From contig OZ024753.1 in assembly GCA_964016885.1 (NCBI GenBank), forward strand, positions 36,394,001-36,458,000: a stretch of 64,000 bases of DNA, read 5' to 3'. The notes under the pieces were generated by a model. It had not been told where the DNA came from and did no database searches. It saw only the letters and a program-made list of their open reading frames with translations. Positions 12,941 through 28,503 of the stretch are shown in pieces. Both the position numbers and the translations under genes were made by a program. The stretch's first letter is position 1; the number at the start of each line of letters is the position of its first letter. The DNA comes from Eledone cirrhosa (Eukaryota).

Positions 12941-14199
12941 TATTTTGGTTGGGATTGCAGTTGCAGTTCTTTTAGGTAATTTTAAGGTCACGGGAAATTC
13001 AAAGTTCATGCAACTTAATTGAGACAAGCTAAATTTCTTTAAGCCGAACGGTAAATAGTAGCGTAAAATAAAAAAAATATATATACGTGGTAAATAAATA
13101 ATGAAAACAATATAAAATACTAAATAAAAATATATATACGTAGGTAAATAAATAATGAAAACAATATAAAATACTAAATAAAAAACACAAAACAATCTTA
13201 CAAACAATCAAACCATTGCAAATATCTGTCACAATGGCAATGGCGTTATATACTGCAAAGAAGCGGAAGTATGGAAAATGGTAGATGTACAACTTTGTCC
13301 AATCATATTAGGCCACCATACTTGTCTATATTTTAGATCTCGACACATTACCTCCCGCTATTTTTTTTTAGCAATTATCATGTGACAGTTCCACAATAGA
13401 TTTATTGTTGTGTGGATTATTCATATCAAGTGTTTTGACTTTAAGAAAAAAAATGGCGGTGTTGACATTATTAATAATAGTGTTCTTCAAAACTTCATCA
13501 CCCTGACATCGTTCGTATTATATTATATTATATTATATTATATTATATTATATTATATTATATCATTAAGGCCCTTTACATTTTGAGTTCAAATCCCACC
13601 GAGTTTATCTTTGCTTTTCATCTTTTCTGGGTCGGTAAAAATGTACCAGTAACGCACTGTGGTTGATATAACGACTATAACAGACATCTATTCCCGCCAA
13701 TCCAATTCAAGACTCCATTTTGAAATATGAGTAATGGAAATGATTACAAAAGGTATAAGATATCTGCACACAAATCATATTTTTCCACCAGAAGGCAAGA
13801 CAGGGAAGATTCTGAAAACCTCTCATTAAAATTACTCCAAGAAACATTCTTGAAATACAGCCTCATTTCTCTTGCTTTGTTTCACCACTAGGCGTGTTTC
13901 ATTAGCTTCAGATAAATTTGAGCAGTTTGTTTAGCAAAGTAATAAGAATGTTGGTGTTATAGGAGAACCCTTGTCAGCAATTCACAACTTGTGATATCTA
14001 TGGGTTGTTGGAACTTCATCGGTTCTGACGAGGTCTGTTCCAGCTCTTTGATCACCTAATTATGGGTGAATGTCAGATGTCGGTGATCCCCATGATTGGG
14101 TGACCTCTGTTCCCGATTCTGTGAATACACTGGTCAGTGTTGACTCAAATCATTCTAGGTGATAGTACACGTTAACCAAGATTTGGAACTTTGTGGCAA

Positions 14200-14355
14200 T
14201 GTAATTGGTAAAGCTGAGGATTGGCAAAGTTGTCAGAATGTCGGAAAGAATGCCTTGCGGTATTTGTTTGTATTCTGAGTTCAAATCCAACCGAGGGCAA
14301 CTTTGTCTTTCATTCTTTCAGGTTCTATAAATAAAGTACCAGTGTAGTACTGGTG
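14200..14355 (+). mobile_element. Older diverged SINE copy (another partial copy at ~13570-13665)
   Basis: ttctgagttcaaatccaaccgagggcaactttgtctttcattc...aaagtaccag. Confidence 0.75.
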
Positions 14356-14847
14356 TCCGTTTTTCTACTGCTTCTCTTTCTCACTTTCTCTCTTGCAAAC
14401 TTTCTGGATGAAATCTATTGTGTTTAGAGCTGGAGACGGATGGACTCCGCCAAACACACTTCATATCACAACGGAGACCCTACAACACAAGCAAAAGTGT
14501 ACGACACATGTATGAGATATACAGGGAAATGTATTAAAATAATGGTGAAATACTATACCATATCTGACTCTAACAATCTGTAACTTGCCTCCAAGCGTTC
14601 GTTTAACAGGAGCCACAGAGTTATCAGAGGTCAGTTCCAACTCAAATATATTTACACACACACACACACATACGTACACATACTTATATATATATATGTA
14701 TATATTCATTCATGTACTTGTACAATACATATACAGACACACACAGTGATATATTGTAGATGTGTATGGGTGAATGTTTATATAAATATTTTCATGTATG
14801 TAGATGTATATATATATATGTATATATATATATGTATACACACACAT

Positions 14848-14883
<36 letters not shown>

Positions 14884-14884
14884 T

Positions 14885-15292
<408 letters not shown>

Positions 15293-15966
15293 CACATTAA
15301 TGTATTTATGAATATATGTATGCGTGCTTATATGTAAGTGTTTTATATTCATATATCTTGTGTATGTGTGTATGTGTCTATATAAATGTGTATATTTATA
15401 TATATACATTTGTGTGTGTGTGTGAGTGCGTATGTTTATCTCCGTGTGTACTCGTGTGTGATTCTATGAATGTATTTGTATACATTTGAACAAGAAGAAA
15501 CAACAGTTTCATTCCATCTGTCACATATATTGTATTGGAAAGTTACATTGGAAAAGTAAAGAGAAACAATTCATAGCCTATAGCAATGTTCGTATAGTGT
15601 TCACATGATGTACTAGTGGCGGTGGTGTAGCTGGTAGTGGTTGTTGGCGGCGGCGGCGGCAGAGCTGGTGGTCGCTGGTGGAAGCGACTGGTGGCGGCGG
15701 CTGGTGTATTATTATGGAGGGCTTCGATTGTTTAGACAGGTCTTTTTCATCAATTCTGTTTGCTTAAAGAGACACTCTGTAAAATGGTCGACGGAAGTGA
15801 ACTAACTAATCTATGGCACTTAAAGGCAGAGACTTGGCTTCTCGTTGACATCGCCTACTCACGTGACCTGCTGAGCAAACATGGAGGAAAGACTTAAAAA
15901 AAAAAATGAAGGGCTTTGTCTCGTCTCTCGTCTGTCGTCTTCTTAACACTTCTATCTATATACCTG

Positions 15967-15999
<33 letters not shown>

Positions 16000-16253
16000 T
16001 CACCATTACGTTTTCCCCAACCCCCAATTCTCATCTTCATCATCACCATCATCTTCATCATCACCATCACCATCATCATCATCATCATCACCATCATCAC
16101 CATCGTCTTCTTCATCATCACCATCACCATCATCACCATCATCATCATCCTCACAATCATCATCATCATCATCCTTGCCCATGGGCTGTTACATAGTTTG
16201 CATAAATGAAGAGTGAAAACAACATAAATAATATATATAATAATATATATAAT

Positions 16254-16432
16254 AATTGTTTATACTTTTGGCACAAGGCCAGCAGTTACTCAGTACGTTA
16301 CTGGTACTTTATTTTATCGACCCCGTAAGGATGAAAAGCAAAGTTAACCTCGGCGGGATTTGAACTCAGAATGGCAAGGGCCGTAACTCTATGCGTCAAA
16401 GCATGGCGTCCGACCCTCTACCGATACTGCCA
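16254..16432 (-). mobile_element. SINE
   Basis: Reverse complement of the consensus. Confidence 0.9.
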
Positions 16433-16871
16433 AATAATAATATACATAATATATATAATATATATATAATATAAATAATCTATATAATATATATATAATA
16501 TAAATAATATATATGATATATATATACAATATAAATAATAGCAATACATACATAAATAACGATGTTTACTTTATTTTGTAGATTATCACCATCACCATCA
16601 CCATCACCATCACCATCACCATCACCACCGCCACCATCACCACCACCACTAATAACACCGCCACCAACAACAACACCACTACTACCACCATCACCACCAA
16701 CAACAACACCACTACCACCACCACCACCACCACCACCACCATCACTACCATCATCACCAACACCACCACCACCACCACAATCACTCAGCCAGCCTCTCTT
16801 TCTTCACAGCTTGTCTGTATGTGTCTATATGACTCCATCTCTCTCTCTCCCTCTTTCTTCCCCTTCTTTAC

Positions 16872-16924
<53 letters not shown>

Positions 16925-17327
16925 TATCTATCCCTCACTCTTGCTTTCTCTACGTATTTCTATCTCCACCATAGAGAGGTCTTTATCTGAACTAGAGAAA
17001 TATTTTCTTCATCCATATTTTCAGCTTCTGTTTGTATACAATTTGTTTATCAAATTTTGACATTTCTTAGAGTTTAAGGAGCAATAATTTAGCATTTTAC
17101 ACACACACACACACACACACAAGTACAAACACACACACATATGTATAATTTATGTATATATATGTATATGCATATATATATATTTATATATATATATATA
17201 TATACACACATATATAAAGCAGTTCAGTTAATCATTTTGTATGGCTGTTACTCTGCATGCTCGTATGTTATGAATGTTTGTGTATATTTATGTGTATATG
17301 AATGTATATGTGTATGATACATGTCTT

Positions 17328-17372
<45 letters not shown>

Positions 17373-17845
17373 AGAATGCAACCGTGTATATGTGTGTTCC
17401 TTTGTTCTTATCGTCTGCTGCAATCAATTTTAATGTGAACATCTGTGTTAGCCAATCAAATAATTAGGTTGCAGATAATCTAATGAAGACGAGGCTGCTT
17501 CGTTCTTTCTCGTATGCTTGTCTCTGCAATGTCGGTTGCTTAGTGGGTTGTTGCTTGTTTAAGTATTATTATCATTATTTATTTTTCTTGTTGTTGAGAA
17601 AATAACGTGTCGGACACACAGAAGATGTCAGAGGCAGGTTGAGAGTTCATATCATATTAAAGGCAACTCGTGAAGGTGGTGGTGCTAAGCTAAATATTGG
17701 GCTCTGACATCTTTCTCGCCTACTTAATATTGATGATAAAATTTGAGTTTTCATCACCATGCGAAGTATTTGCATTCTTCTTCATTTAGTTAAATACCTA
17801 CTCCCACTCCCTCTCTTACACCTCTCTTTCTCCCCCCCCCCCCCC

Positions 17846-17940
<95 letters not shown>

Positions 17941-17944
<4 letters not shown>

Positions 17945-18292
17945 ATAATAATAAATTTGAAGACTAAAATCCAAAGAGGGCTCGATAAGGATAAATATAT
18001 ATCAAATATATAAGAACCGTAGAACGTCTCTATGAACCACCTAAGAGAACATTAGTCTACGACTTCTTTTATACCATAAACGTGGTTCTGTCTTTGCGCG
18101 TAATTGTTTTTCACCGCTCCTATTAATGACGTATAATATTCGTTTTTCCCCGTTCTTTGCCAGGGAACGTTTCCACGAACCAAAGTATCGTCTTCCTCCG
18201 GTTGCAACGTTTCTTGAAATATCCACTTCTGCGTTTACAGATTGACTTTGTTAAGGGTGAAAGCAGCGATTCTTTGCTTAAACTTTAATCTG

Positions 18293-18300
<8 letters not shown>
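17941..18300. mobile_element. Family G element between (TA)n tracts
   Basis: Shares aatttgaagactaaaatccaaagagggctcgataagg and gggtgaaagcagcgattctttgcttaaac with 47130-47268 and 53653-53812, in differing relative orientations. Confidence 0.7.
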
Positions 18301-18374
<74 letters not shown>

Positions 18375-18521
18375 TATTTTCCGTTGTGTTGTAATATAAA
18401 TATTACACACAGTAGATTGACAGCTCACGTAGAGTTTGCTCGACGGTTCCAGTTGTAGTTCCAAAAGTAATCCGGAGAAAAATAGAAAGATTTGAATGGA
18501 TACCGTTTAGTTGAAAGGAAT

Positions 18522-18642
18522 TTATTGACACGTGTTTCTATAACAGTTACATAACCTGAAAACAGCTGCTATCTACAAAGTATTAGTTATGCAGACATTC
18601 AATATTTCAATGTTATTATTTACTGTCATTTCATCAGAATAA
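18522..18642 (-). ncRNA. Hammerhead ribozyme with ~92-nt extended stem II (family L)
   Basis: Minus strand: ttatt-CTGATGA-a atgacagt...actgttat a-GAA-ACACGTGT-C-aataa. Stem I 5 bp, stem II base 8 bp, palindromic stem III, GUC triplet. Confidence 0.78.
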
Positions 18643-20025
18643 TATTACTGAGGACCTGTTTGGTTTTTATAGAGAATATTAGGAGGGAGGGGTGAAGTTG
18701 TTAGAAGAATAGTTGAGGGAGTGGTTTTTTTGATAGCAGTGAGAATTTTTGGTGGCAGTGAGTAATTAGATTCCCATCTGTTGTTTTGACATTTTTATAG
18801 AATATATTATTGGTTATTTTTCTAAATCTATAGAAGGATTAGAGATAGTAAAGATATGCGTGGTTGGTTTTGTGTTTGCACTTAATTAACATTCAGACTT
18901 AAATTTTTCTTTCAAGTGTACGCATCCTTTCACCCACGCATTCACACACAAACATATTTGCACACCTCTACAAAATACATATACTCACATTCATTTCATT
19001 GCTTTCATTTATTGTTAATGCACATAAGCAAAGTGTCAGATAATTTCACGGTCAGGTCTACAGTAAAATATTCCTTGGTGAACCTGTCGCTATCTCACTG
19101 CTGTTTAGGTATGTTCCTCAAACAGCCCTCTCTTTAATTACTCATACTTACATACATATACACATGCATACATATATATATACACATATGTATTCATGTA
19201 CATAGATACGCGTTCATGTGTATACATTTTTATACTCAACTTATCTTTATATACACACGTATAGACATACACATATATACCTACATACTCTAGTCTATGT
19301 GTATATATATACATATACATATATCTATATCTATATATATATATATATATAAGCACTTTAATACATGAATACACTTACATCTAACTATACACATCAAACA
19401 TATATATATATTTACTTATTTATATACATTTTCACATATATATACATACTTATGGTCGCTTTTAGACACATTCATTATCGCATTTTTGCACCTATTCTCA
19501 TCAGCATATCTTTCCATTATTAGTGTGGTAATTTGAGGTTATTAATATACATATATATGTTGAGAAGAGATTGTTTTTATATTTTTCTAACTAGATTGAG
19601 GTTTATATAGTTGGGGGGATGTCCCTCTTTTATGTAATATTCGGCTTGTAGTGGGAAAAAAGGGTTTTAGTTCGGCAGAACAATGTTCGTTCAATTCTGT
19701 TATTCAGCAATTTCTTCTTGTGTGTGAATGCGTGGGTGAAAGGATACGTACACTTGAAAGAAAAATTTAAGTCTGAATGTTAATTAAGTGCAAACACAAA
19801 ACCAACCACGCATATCTTTACTATCTCTAATCCTTCTATAGATTTAGAAAAATAACCAATAATATATTCTATAAAAATGTCAAAACAACAGATGGGAATC
19901 TAATTACTCACTGCCACCAAAAATTCTCACTGCTATCAAAAAACCACTCCCTCAACTATTCTTCTAACAACTTCACCCCTCCCTCCTAATATTCTCTATA
20001 AAAACCAAACAGGTCCTTAGTAATA

Positions 20026-20340
20026 TTATTCTGATGAAATGACAGTAAATAATTGTTTCTACTTTTGGCACAAGGCCAGCAATTACTCAGTGCATTACTG
20101 GTACTTTATTTCGTCGACCCCATGAGGATGAAAGGCAAAGTTAACCTTGGCGGGCTTTGAACTCAGAATGGCAAGGGACGTAACTCTATGCGTCAAAGCA
20201 TGGCGTCCGACCCTCTACCGATACTGCCAATCCACCGAGTAAATAATAACATTGAACTATTGAATGTCTGCATAACTAATACTTTGTAGATAGCAGCTGT
20301 TTTCAGGTTATGTAACTGTTATAGAAACACGTGTCAATAA
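20026..20340 (+). ncRNA. Family L hammerhead interrupted in stem II by a SINE
   Basis: CTGATGA at 20031-20037 and GAAACACGTGTC at 20324-20335, with the SINE at 20054-20237 between them. Confidence 0.7.
20054..20237 (-). mobile_element. SINE with 10-bp TSD
   Basis: TSD agtaaataat at 20044-20053 and 20238-20247. The empty site is visible in the other IR arm (~18612-18625). Confidence 0.95.
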
Positions 20341-20374
20341 ATTCCTTTCAACTAAACGGTATCCATTCAAATTT

Positions 20375-20449
<75 letters not shown>

Positions 20450-20632
20450 TGTATGTGTTATATATATATATATATATGAGTGTATGTGTTATATATATAT
20501 ATGTATATATATATAGGGACGCACAACATTTGCGCGTACGTTGTTTAAATATGCATCTCGTTTATTAAACAAGGACGTATATATATATATCATCATTACT
20601 GTTTTTATGTCTCTTTTTCATGCTAGCATGTG

Positions 20633-20720
<88 letters not shown>

Positions 20721-20904
20721 TAAATCATGTCCTTAGACATATATATATATATATACCAAGTAAGAATATTTTCGAAACAGCGAGTGGGTTTGAAATTATT
20801 AGAAATGTAAGCTATCGCCGTATTTTGACTAAAGAAATTAAAGAAATTATTTAGCCTGATAGTGGGGTTAAGAACCCTCGGAGAAATGGAAAAAGATCAG
20901 TATT

Positions 20905-20969
<65 letters not shown>

Positions 20970-21464
20970 AAGTTTATAAGATGTTACTAATTGAGACTAG
21001 TATGACCATTATTAAAAATCCTTAATTACAATTCTGTCAAGAAATCCTATTTATGTGGCCCGTCTATGAGATAAAGAATTACAGCAATAAATATATCTCT
21101 CTGCAACAGAAATGTAATATCAAATCCGTTGTGTATGAGAGAGAGAGATTTCACACAACACCACAGAAAATTCTGAAGTTAGCAAAAGATATATCGGTAC
21201 AGTGGAAGATCATTTTAAACAACGTTTTTACTTGCATTTTCACTCCTTCAGAAATCCTGAAATCAAAACCGGCACGGACTTGGTAAAAAAAAGTCTGGGA
21301 ATTAAAGGAGAAACGAGCCCCATGTAAGATTACTTGAATACTAATGGTACCAAGAGGTGTCGTCTCTGCCTTAGTGAGAATTTTAGAATATTACAAGGTT
21401 TGTTGTGACATCTGTGGTGGTGTGAGTATATATATATGCTTGTATATATACACACACATATATA

Positions 21465-21506
<42 letters not shown>

Positions 21507-21644
21507 TATATGTGTGTGTGTGTATATACAAGTATATATATATATACTCTCTCTCTCTCTCACACACAAGGACTAAGTCATATGGACACGTCACGAGAAA
21601 AAAAATATTATACACCATGAAACGCCAAGACCGAGAACCAATAC

Positions 21645-21648
21645 CACC

Positions 21649-21700
<52 letters not shown>

Positions 21701-21704
21701 TTAC

Positions 21705-21737
<33 letters not shown>

Positions 21738-21935
21738 TACCACTACTACAACTACTACTACTACTACTATTACTACTACTACTACTACTATTACTATTTC
21801 TACTACTACTACTACTACTACTACTATTACTACTACTACTACTATTACTACTACTACTGTTACTACTACTACTACTACTACTACTACTCCTACTACTACT
21901 ACTGTTACTACTACTACTACTACTACTACTACTTT

Positions 21936-21987
<52 letters not shown>

Positions 21988-21995
21988 GTTACTAT

Positions 21996-22055
<60 letters not shown>

Positions 22056-22800
22056 AGCAACGCTACATACCAAGCATTAGGTGCAGTAATGGCGTACGAA
22101 GAACTAACGTCCACCCAAGTAGGAAGGGTGATGATGAATAGAATGATGAAAGCGATGATGATGATGATGATGATAGTTATGATGGTGATGATAGTGATGA
22201 TAGTTATGATGGTGATGATGATAGTTATGATGGTGATGATGATAGTTATGATGGTGATGATAGTGATGACGATGAATAGAATGATGATGATAGTTATGAT
22301 AATGATAATGATCATGACGACGATAGCGAAAATGACAACGAAATCCACCACCACCACCACTATCACAACTCCCACCACCACCACCATCACAACTCCCACC
22401 AACACCAGCACCACCACCACCATCACAACTCCCACCACCACCACCACCACCACCATCACTACAATCACAACTCCCACCACCACCACCACCACCACCACCA
22501 TCATCACAACTCCCACAAACACGACCACCACCATCACTACAATCACAACTCCCACCACCACCATCACCACCACCATCACCACCACCATCACAACTCCCAC
22601 AAACACCACCACCACCACCACTACAATCACAACTCCCACCACCAACACCACCACCACCACCATCACAACTCCCACAACCACCACCATCATCACAACTCCC
22701 ACAAACACCACCACCACCACCACCACCATCACAACTCCCACAACCACCACCATCATCACAACTCCCACAAACACCACCACCACCACCACCACCATCTCAA
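21645..22800. repeat. Compound (ACT)n / (GAT)n / (CAC)n-derived repeats
   Basis: The (CAC)n part has evolved into a caccaccatcacaactcc minisatellite. Confidence 0.9.
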
Positions 22801-23069
22801 TGTGATGATGATGATGCTACTGACAGTCACATTATTCAAGGACCCTAATAAATGAATAATTAACCAGAGGATGCTTCAACAATCTTATTTTATTTTATTA
22901 TTTTACCTTTTTATTATTATATTTAGTCTTATTAATATGTTTAGTCTTTTTTAGTCTTCTCTCTCTCTCTGTCTATCCGTCTGTCTCTCCTCCTCTCTCT
23001 CCCTCCCCCCTCTCTCTGTCCGTCTCTTTCTCTGTCCGTCGTTCTCTTTCTCTCTTTCTCCTCCTCTAT

Positions 23070-23520
23070 CTCTCTTTGTCTTTCTCATACTCTCCCCCCT
23101 CTCTGTATCCCTCTCTCTGTCTTTCTCTTACTCTCGCCTCTCTCTGTCTTTCTCTTACTCTCTCCTCTCTCTGCGTCCCTCTCTCTGTCTTTCTCTTACT
23201 CTCTCCTCTCTCTGTGTCCCTCTCTCTGTCTTTCTCTTACTCTCCCCTCTCTCTGTGTCCCCCTCTCTGTCTTTCTCTTACTCTCCCCTCTCTCTGTCTT
23301 TCTCTTACTCTCCTCTCTCTGTCTGTCCCCCTCTCTGTCTTTCTCTTACTCTCTCCTCTCTCTGTGTCCCTCTCTCTGTCTTTCTCTTACTCTCCCCTCT
23401 CTCTGTGTCCCTCTCTCTGTCTTTCTCTTACTCTCTTCTCTCTCTCTGTCTTTCTCTTACTCTCTCCTCTCTCTGTGTCCCTCTCTCTGTCTTTCTCTTA
23501 CTCTCCTCTCTCTCTGTACC
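23070..23520. repeat. CT-rich minisatellite (ctctctgtctttctcttactctc units)
   Basis: About a dozen tandem units. Confidence 0.9.
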
Positions 23521-23644
23521 CACCCCCTATCACTCCCCCCCCCACCCCCTCTCTCTCGTTCTCTGTTTTGTTTTTTTGACGTCTTGTACCAACATATTTT
23601 GTGTGTTGGTGTGTATTCTGAGTACCAGTTAAGAGGTTAAACTG

Positions 23645-23781
<137 letters not shown>

Positions 23782-23899
23782 ATGTGTGTGTACACATGTG
23801 TGCATATACATACAGGTATCAAGGAATATATAAATATATATATGTATGTATATACATACATACATATATATATATGTATATATATATATGTATATACAT

Positions 23900-23946
<47 letters not shown>

Positions 23947-24077
23947 GGTTGCGTGCGTAACTGTCTTTCAATTTGTGTACACACATGCATACACGTGCAT
24001 ATAGACACAAACATACATACATACACATATATATATGTGTGTGTTTATATATATATGTATATATATAAGTATATATG

Positions 24078-24120
<43 letters not shown>

Positions 24121-24125
24121 TTATA

Positions 24126-24321
<196 letters not shown>

Positions 24322-24323
24322 TA

Positions 24324-24366
<43 letters not shown>

Positions 24367-24369
24367 GTT

Positions 24370-24500
<131 letters not shown>

Positions 24501-24791
24501 CAACCCAGAATGGCTGTTGAAGAAACCTTTGCCAGTCGTCTCGCTCTGGGCACAACGTAGATCGTAGCAGCCATAACAAGTCGATAATAGACACTTAGAA
24601 GGCATGAATCTGATTAGAACTGATTATGTCCTTAGGCTAAAAATTGTTTATCATGACACCCATGATTATCTCCCTTTATCATTTCTGCCACCCATTCTCT
24701 CTTCATCAATCTCTCCGCTTCCCTCACTATCTGCCCCCCCCCTCTCTCTCTCTCTCTCTCTGTGTCTCTCTGTCTCTCTCTCACTGTCTCC

Positions 24792-24852
<61 letters not shown>

Positions 24853-24951
24853 ATTAGTTTCTTTCTACAGTTTGTCAATAATCTATAACACTCTTCTATT
24901 CTATATCATTTTCAGTCTTTTACTCTCTCACTCTCACTATATATACACACG

Positions 24952-25034
<83 letters not shown>

Positions 25035-25068
25035 TATGTGAGCTCATATGTATCCATATATAACCAAT

Positions 25069-25109
<41 letters not shown>

Positions 25110-25590
25110 CTGTATGTGCGTGTATATATGTATATATATATGTATGTATATACGTATGTCTGCACGTATGTATATCAAATCAAGTATATATACGTCTCAC
25201 TTATACATATGCACATACATACCCATATATATATATATAACATATATATATGTCTGTGTATATATAAATGTATACATTATATACATACATATTCATATAT
25301 ACTTATATACTATACACACACACAAGCACACACAAACAGATGTGTGTTAGTATGTGTGTGTATATATACATGTGTATGTGCATGTGTATGTGTGCATTGT
25401 ATACGCTGTTTTGAGATTTTGCCACTTTTTTTCCATGTGCGTTTCTTTCTTATTACACCGTGTACCTCTTACTGTCTTCCATTTTGAATTTCTACCTCAC
25501 TCATTCTGCTCTCCTATCTCATTTCTTTCACCCACTCTCTGTCTATCTATCTATCTATCTATCTATCTATTAATCTATTTATCTATCTTT

Positions 25591-25648
<58 letters not shown>

Positions 25649-26104
25649 GTATAGCTTTATATCTTTCCCTGTTTATCTACCTACCGTTCTATCTGTTTCT
25701 CGCTCTCCCTCTCTCTCTCTCTTTCTCTCTATCTATCTATCTCTATATATATATATATATAAAAATATATATATAAATATATATATATGTGTGTGTGTAA
25801 CGTATATATATATATATATATATAAGAGTGGCCGTTTGCATTGGCCCATGTAATGTCCAGTTCAAATTCTCACTGAAGATGATAACAAACATGTTAATCA
25901 TGTCCAAAACCTATTGATTCTTTGCGAGACATTCTAGCTAACTTTAAGTCCATCAATATCTCCAGACCAATCAATTGTGTTCAACGAATGACCTCCATTT
26001 TTTTTCTTCTCTGTTTAATTAAATCGAACCATAATCAACTATGAAATTGTTTAACCTTTTATTTAACCTTTGTGGATAGATAAGGAAGACGACAAATATA
26101 TTTA

Positions 26105-26510
26105 GGTTTAACCCTTTTAACTCAAAACTGTCCGAGACCGCCCATGCTTCTATTTTACTAAGCCATGTATTTTAAATCGTTGTTATCATATTCCCAATGA
26201 AATGTAAAGCCTATTTACAAATAATTTTGGTAATAATCAAGACTTTGAAAAAGATGTAGTAATTCAACGGACGTCATTATTAAGCTGGTGCCTGGAATAA
26301 TAATTTAACAAAGGTTCTTATATAAAATTTGATAGAAGGTTTTTATATAAGTCTAATTTCTCTCAAATAGATGGCTGTGTATTGTAAAACAAGAGACAGT
26401 TTCAAACAGTTTAAATCTTCCTTCAAAATTTTATATAAGAAATGTTTGTTAATTTATGTTTCAAATACCAAGCTGATCATAGAATTTACTTATTTTCATT
26501 AAATTCCTAC
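26105..26510. mobile_element. Decayed MITE-like element with internal inverted repeat
   Basis: Starts ttaacccttt. ttcttatataaaattttgatagaaggttt (~26315) is mirrored by aaatcttccttcaaaattttatataagaa (~26413). Confidence 0.45.
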
Positions 26511-27249
26511 AAATTCTTGTAGGATACATATTTGGATAATTCTAATTTAGGATTATTGGTAATAACATACCACAGAATATTGTTGTAAATATCAAGATAA
26601 GTAAGGATACATCACATAATTTTGTTTAAAGATTATTCGAAATAACATAGAATAAACTACTGCCGTTCGTATAAATTTAGTTAAGGATTTAATCTATCTT
26701 TCCTTGGAAGAAATCGAATGAAGATCTGGAGAAGAAATCGACTATGTTCAGATCTGGAGAAGAATGGGCTCCACAAGGATTGAAATGCTTAGTGTACACT
26801 GTGTGTCAGGAGGATGCTGTTATGACCCCAACATGAATTAAGGGCCCTTTAGCTTTATATTTTATTTAAGAAAGAACATTGTTCGTTTTACACTATTTCT
26901 CTCATACTTTTGAAACATTACAGTGTAGTTTAAGAAGCAACAAGGAAAAAAACCAAACATCCCACACATACATACGCACACAAACAACAATACAAACATA
27001 CAAACGTACGCATTTACAAACACAGATACACACATACACACATTTAAATCACCAAGTTCCAAATTTCAACATACAATGAAATACAGGCGGCCATTTTGAA
27101 CGTTGGTTAAAAACAACAACAAAACAACCCAACTACAACTTCAACAACAACACTAAAACCTTTGACTGCCAAAACAATCTAACAGTTGATGAATAACTTT
27201 AGTTGGTAATGTTCTGAAGGGTGTAACTATTGTTGTGCGTCCTTTATAT

Positions 27250-27355
<106 letters not shown>

Positions 27356-27506
27356 TTATGAATACGTACATATATACACACTGTATATATATATAGACAC
27401 ACACGCATATATATATATATATGTGTGTGTGTATATACATATATACATATATACATATATACATACATATACATATATACATACACACATATATATATAT
27501 ATATTT

Positions 27507-27553
<47 letters not shown>

Positions 27554-27616
27554 TAAATATATCGTTACCATTTACATAATACGAAGAATATTTAAGACCG
27601 TTTGTTTTATTGTCCG

Positions 27617-27702
<86 letters not shown>

Positions 27703-28472
27703 GATATACGTACGTATGTATCTTTGCCTGTTCGTCCTCCTCGTTATCTATTCTTCTTATTCATTTCTCTTCCTTTTTCCTTTTCTTTCCTTTCCTCTCC
27801 TTTCATTGTCCGTCTTATTATAACTGTCACTGTTGAAAGAGAGAAGAAACGTTTAAAATCAAACAGAAACAATTCTTAAATCTATGGAAATAACACACAT
27901 GCATCGGTCAACAAAGGCGTATGTAGCTCGTCCTAGAAGAAGAGGAAGATGGTGCGTTATATTAGGAGGAAAAGAGCGACAGCAAGCAATAGAAGCTTGC
28001 GACATCTGCCGGCGGCTAATTCACCTCAAGAGCCATCAACTCTGCTTGGTTTTTGGCAGCTCTGAATAAATGTTAACAGGAATGCCGGATACACACAAGA
28101 TGGAGAAAAAAAAATGAAATAAAAAGGGACTGTCGAGGACCATTATAGCATTTTACCGGTTTCATATGTGTCTGTGTTTGTTGCTATTGTTACATGTGTG
28201 CGCATGAGCGTGAGTGTGTGCGATGTAGATGAGCGTATGTGTGTATATATGTGTTTGCGTGTGAGTGTGTGTATATCTGTGTGCGTATACTTACAAACGC
28301 ACACACACACACACACACACATATGTATATGTATATATATATATACTTCTATATACACACATGCACACTCACAGACATACACATTTATATTTATGTGTTC
28401 TCTGTTGGTGTGAGAGTATGGGTGTTGGTGTGAGTATATGTGTGTATGCATGCGTGTTTATGTATATATGTG

Positions 28473-28503
<31 letters not shown>

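Larger units (their letters stand above)
18482..20380. mobile_element. Large inverted repeat (arms ~470 bp, spacer ~770 bp), family L
   Basis: 18482-18951 is the reverse complement of 19718-20380 once the SINE is removed. The right end abuts (TA)n. Confidence 0.8.

Noticed and set aside
22089-22805. Mucin-like Thr/Pro-rich 238-aa ORF
   Set aside because: Derived from (GAT)n and (CAC)n repeats, open on the opposite strand too, with no signal peptide or splice support.
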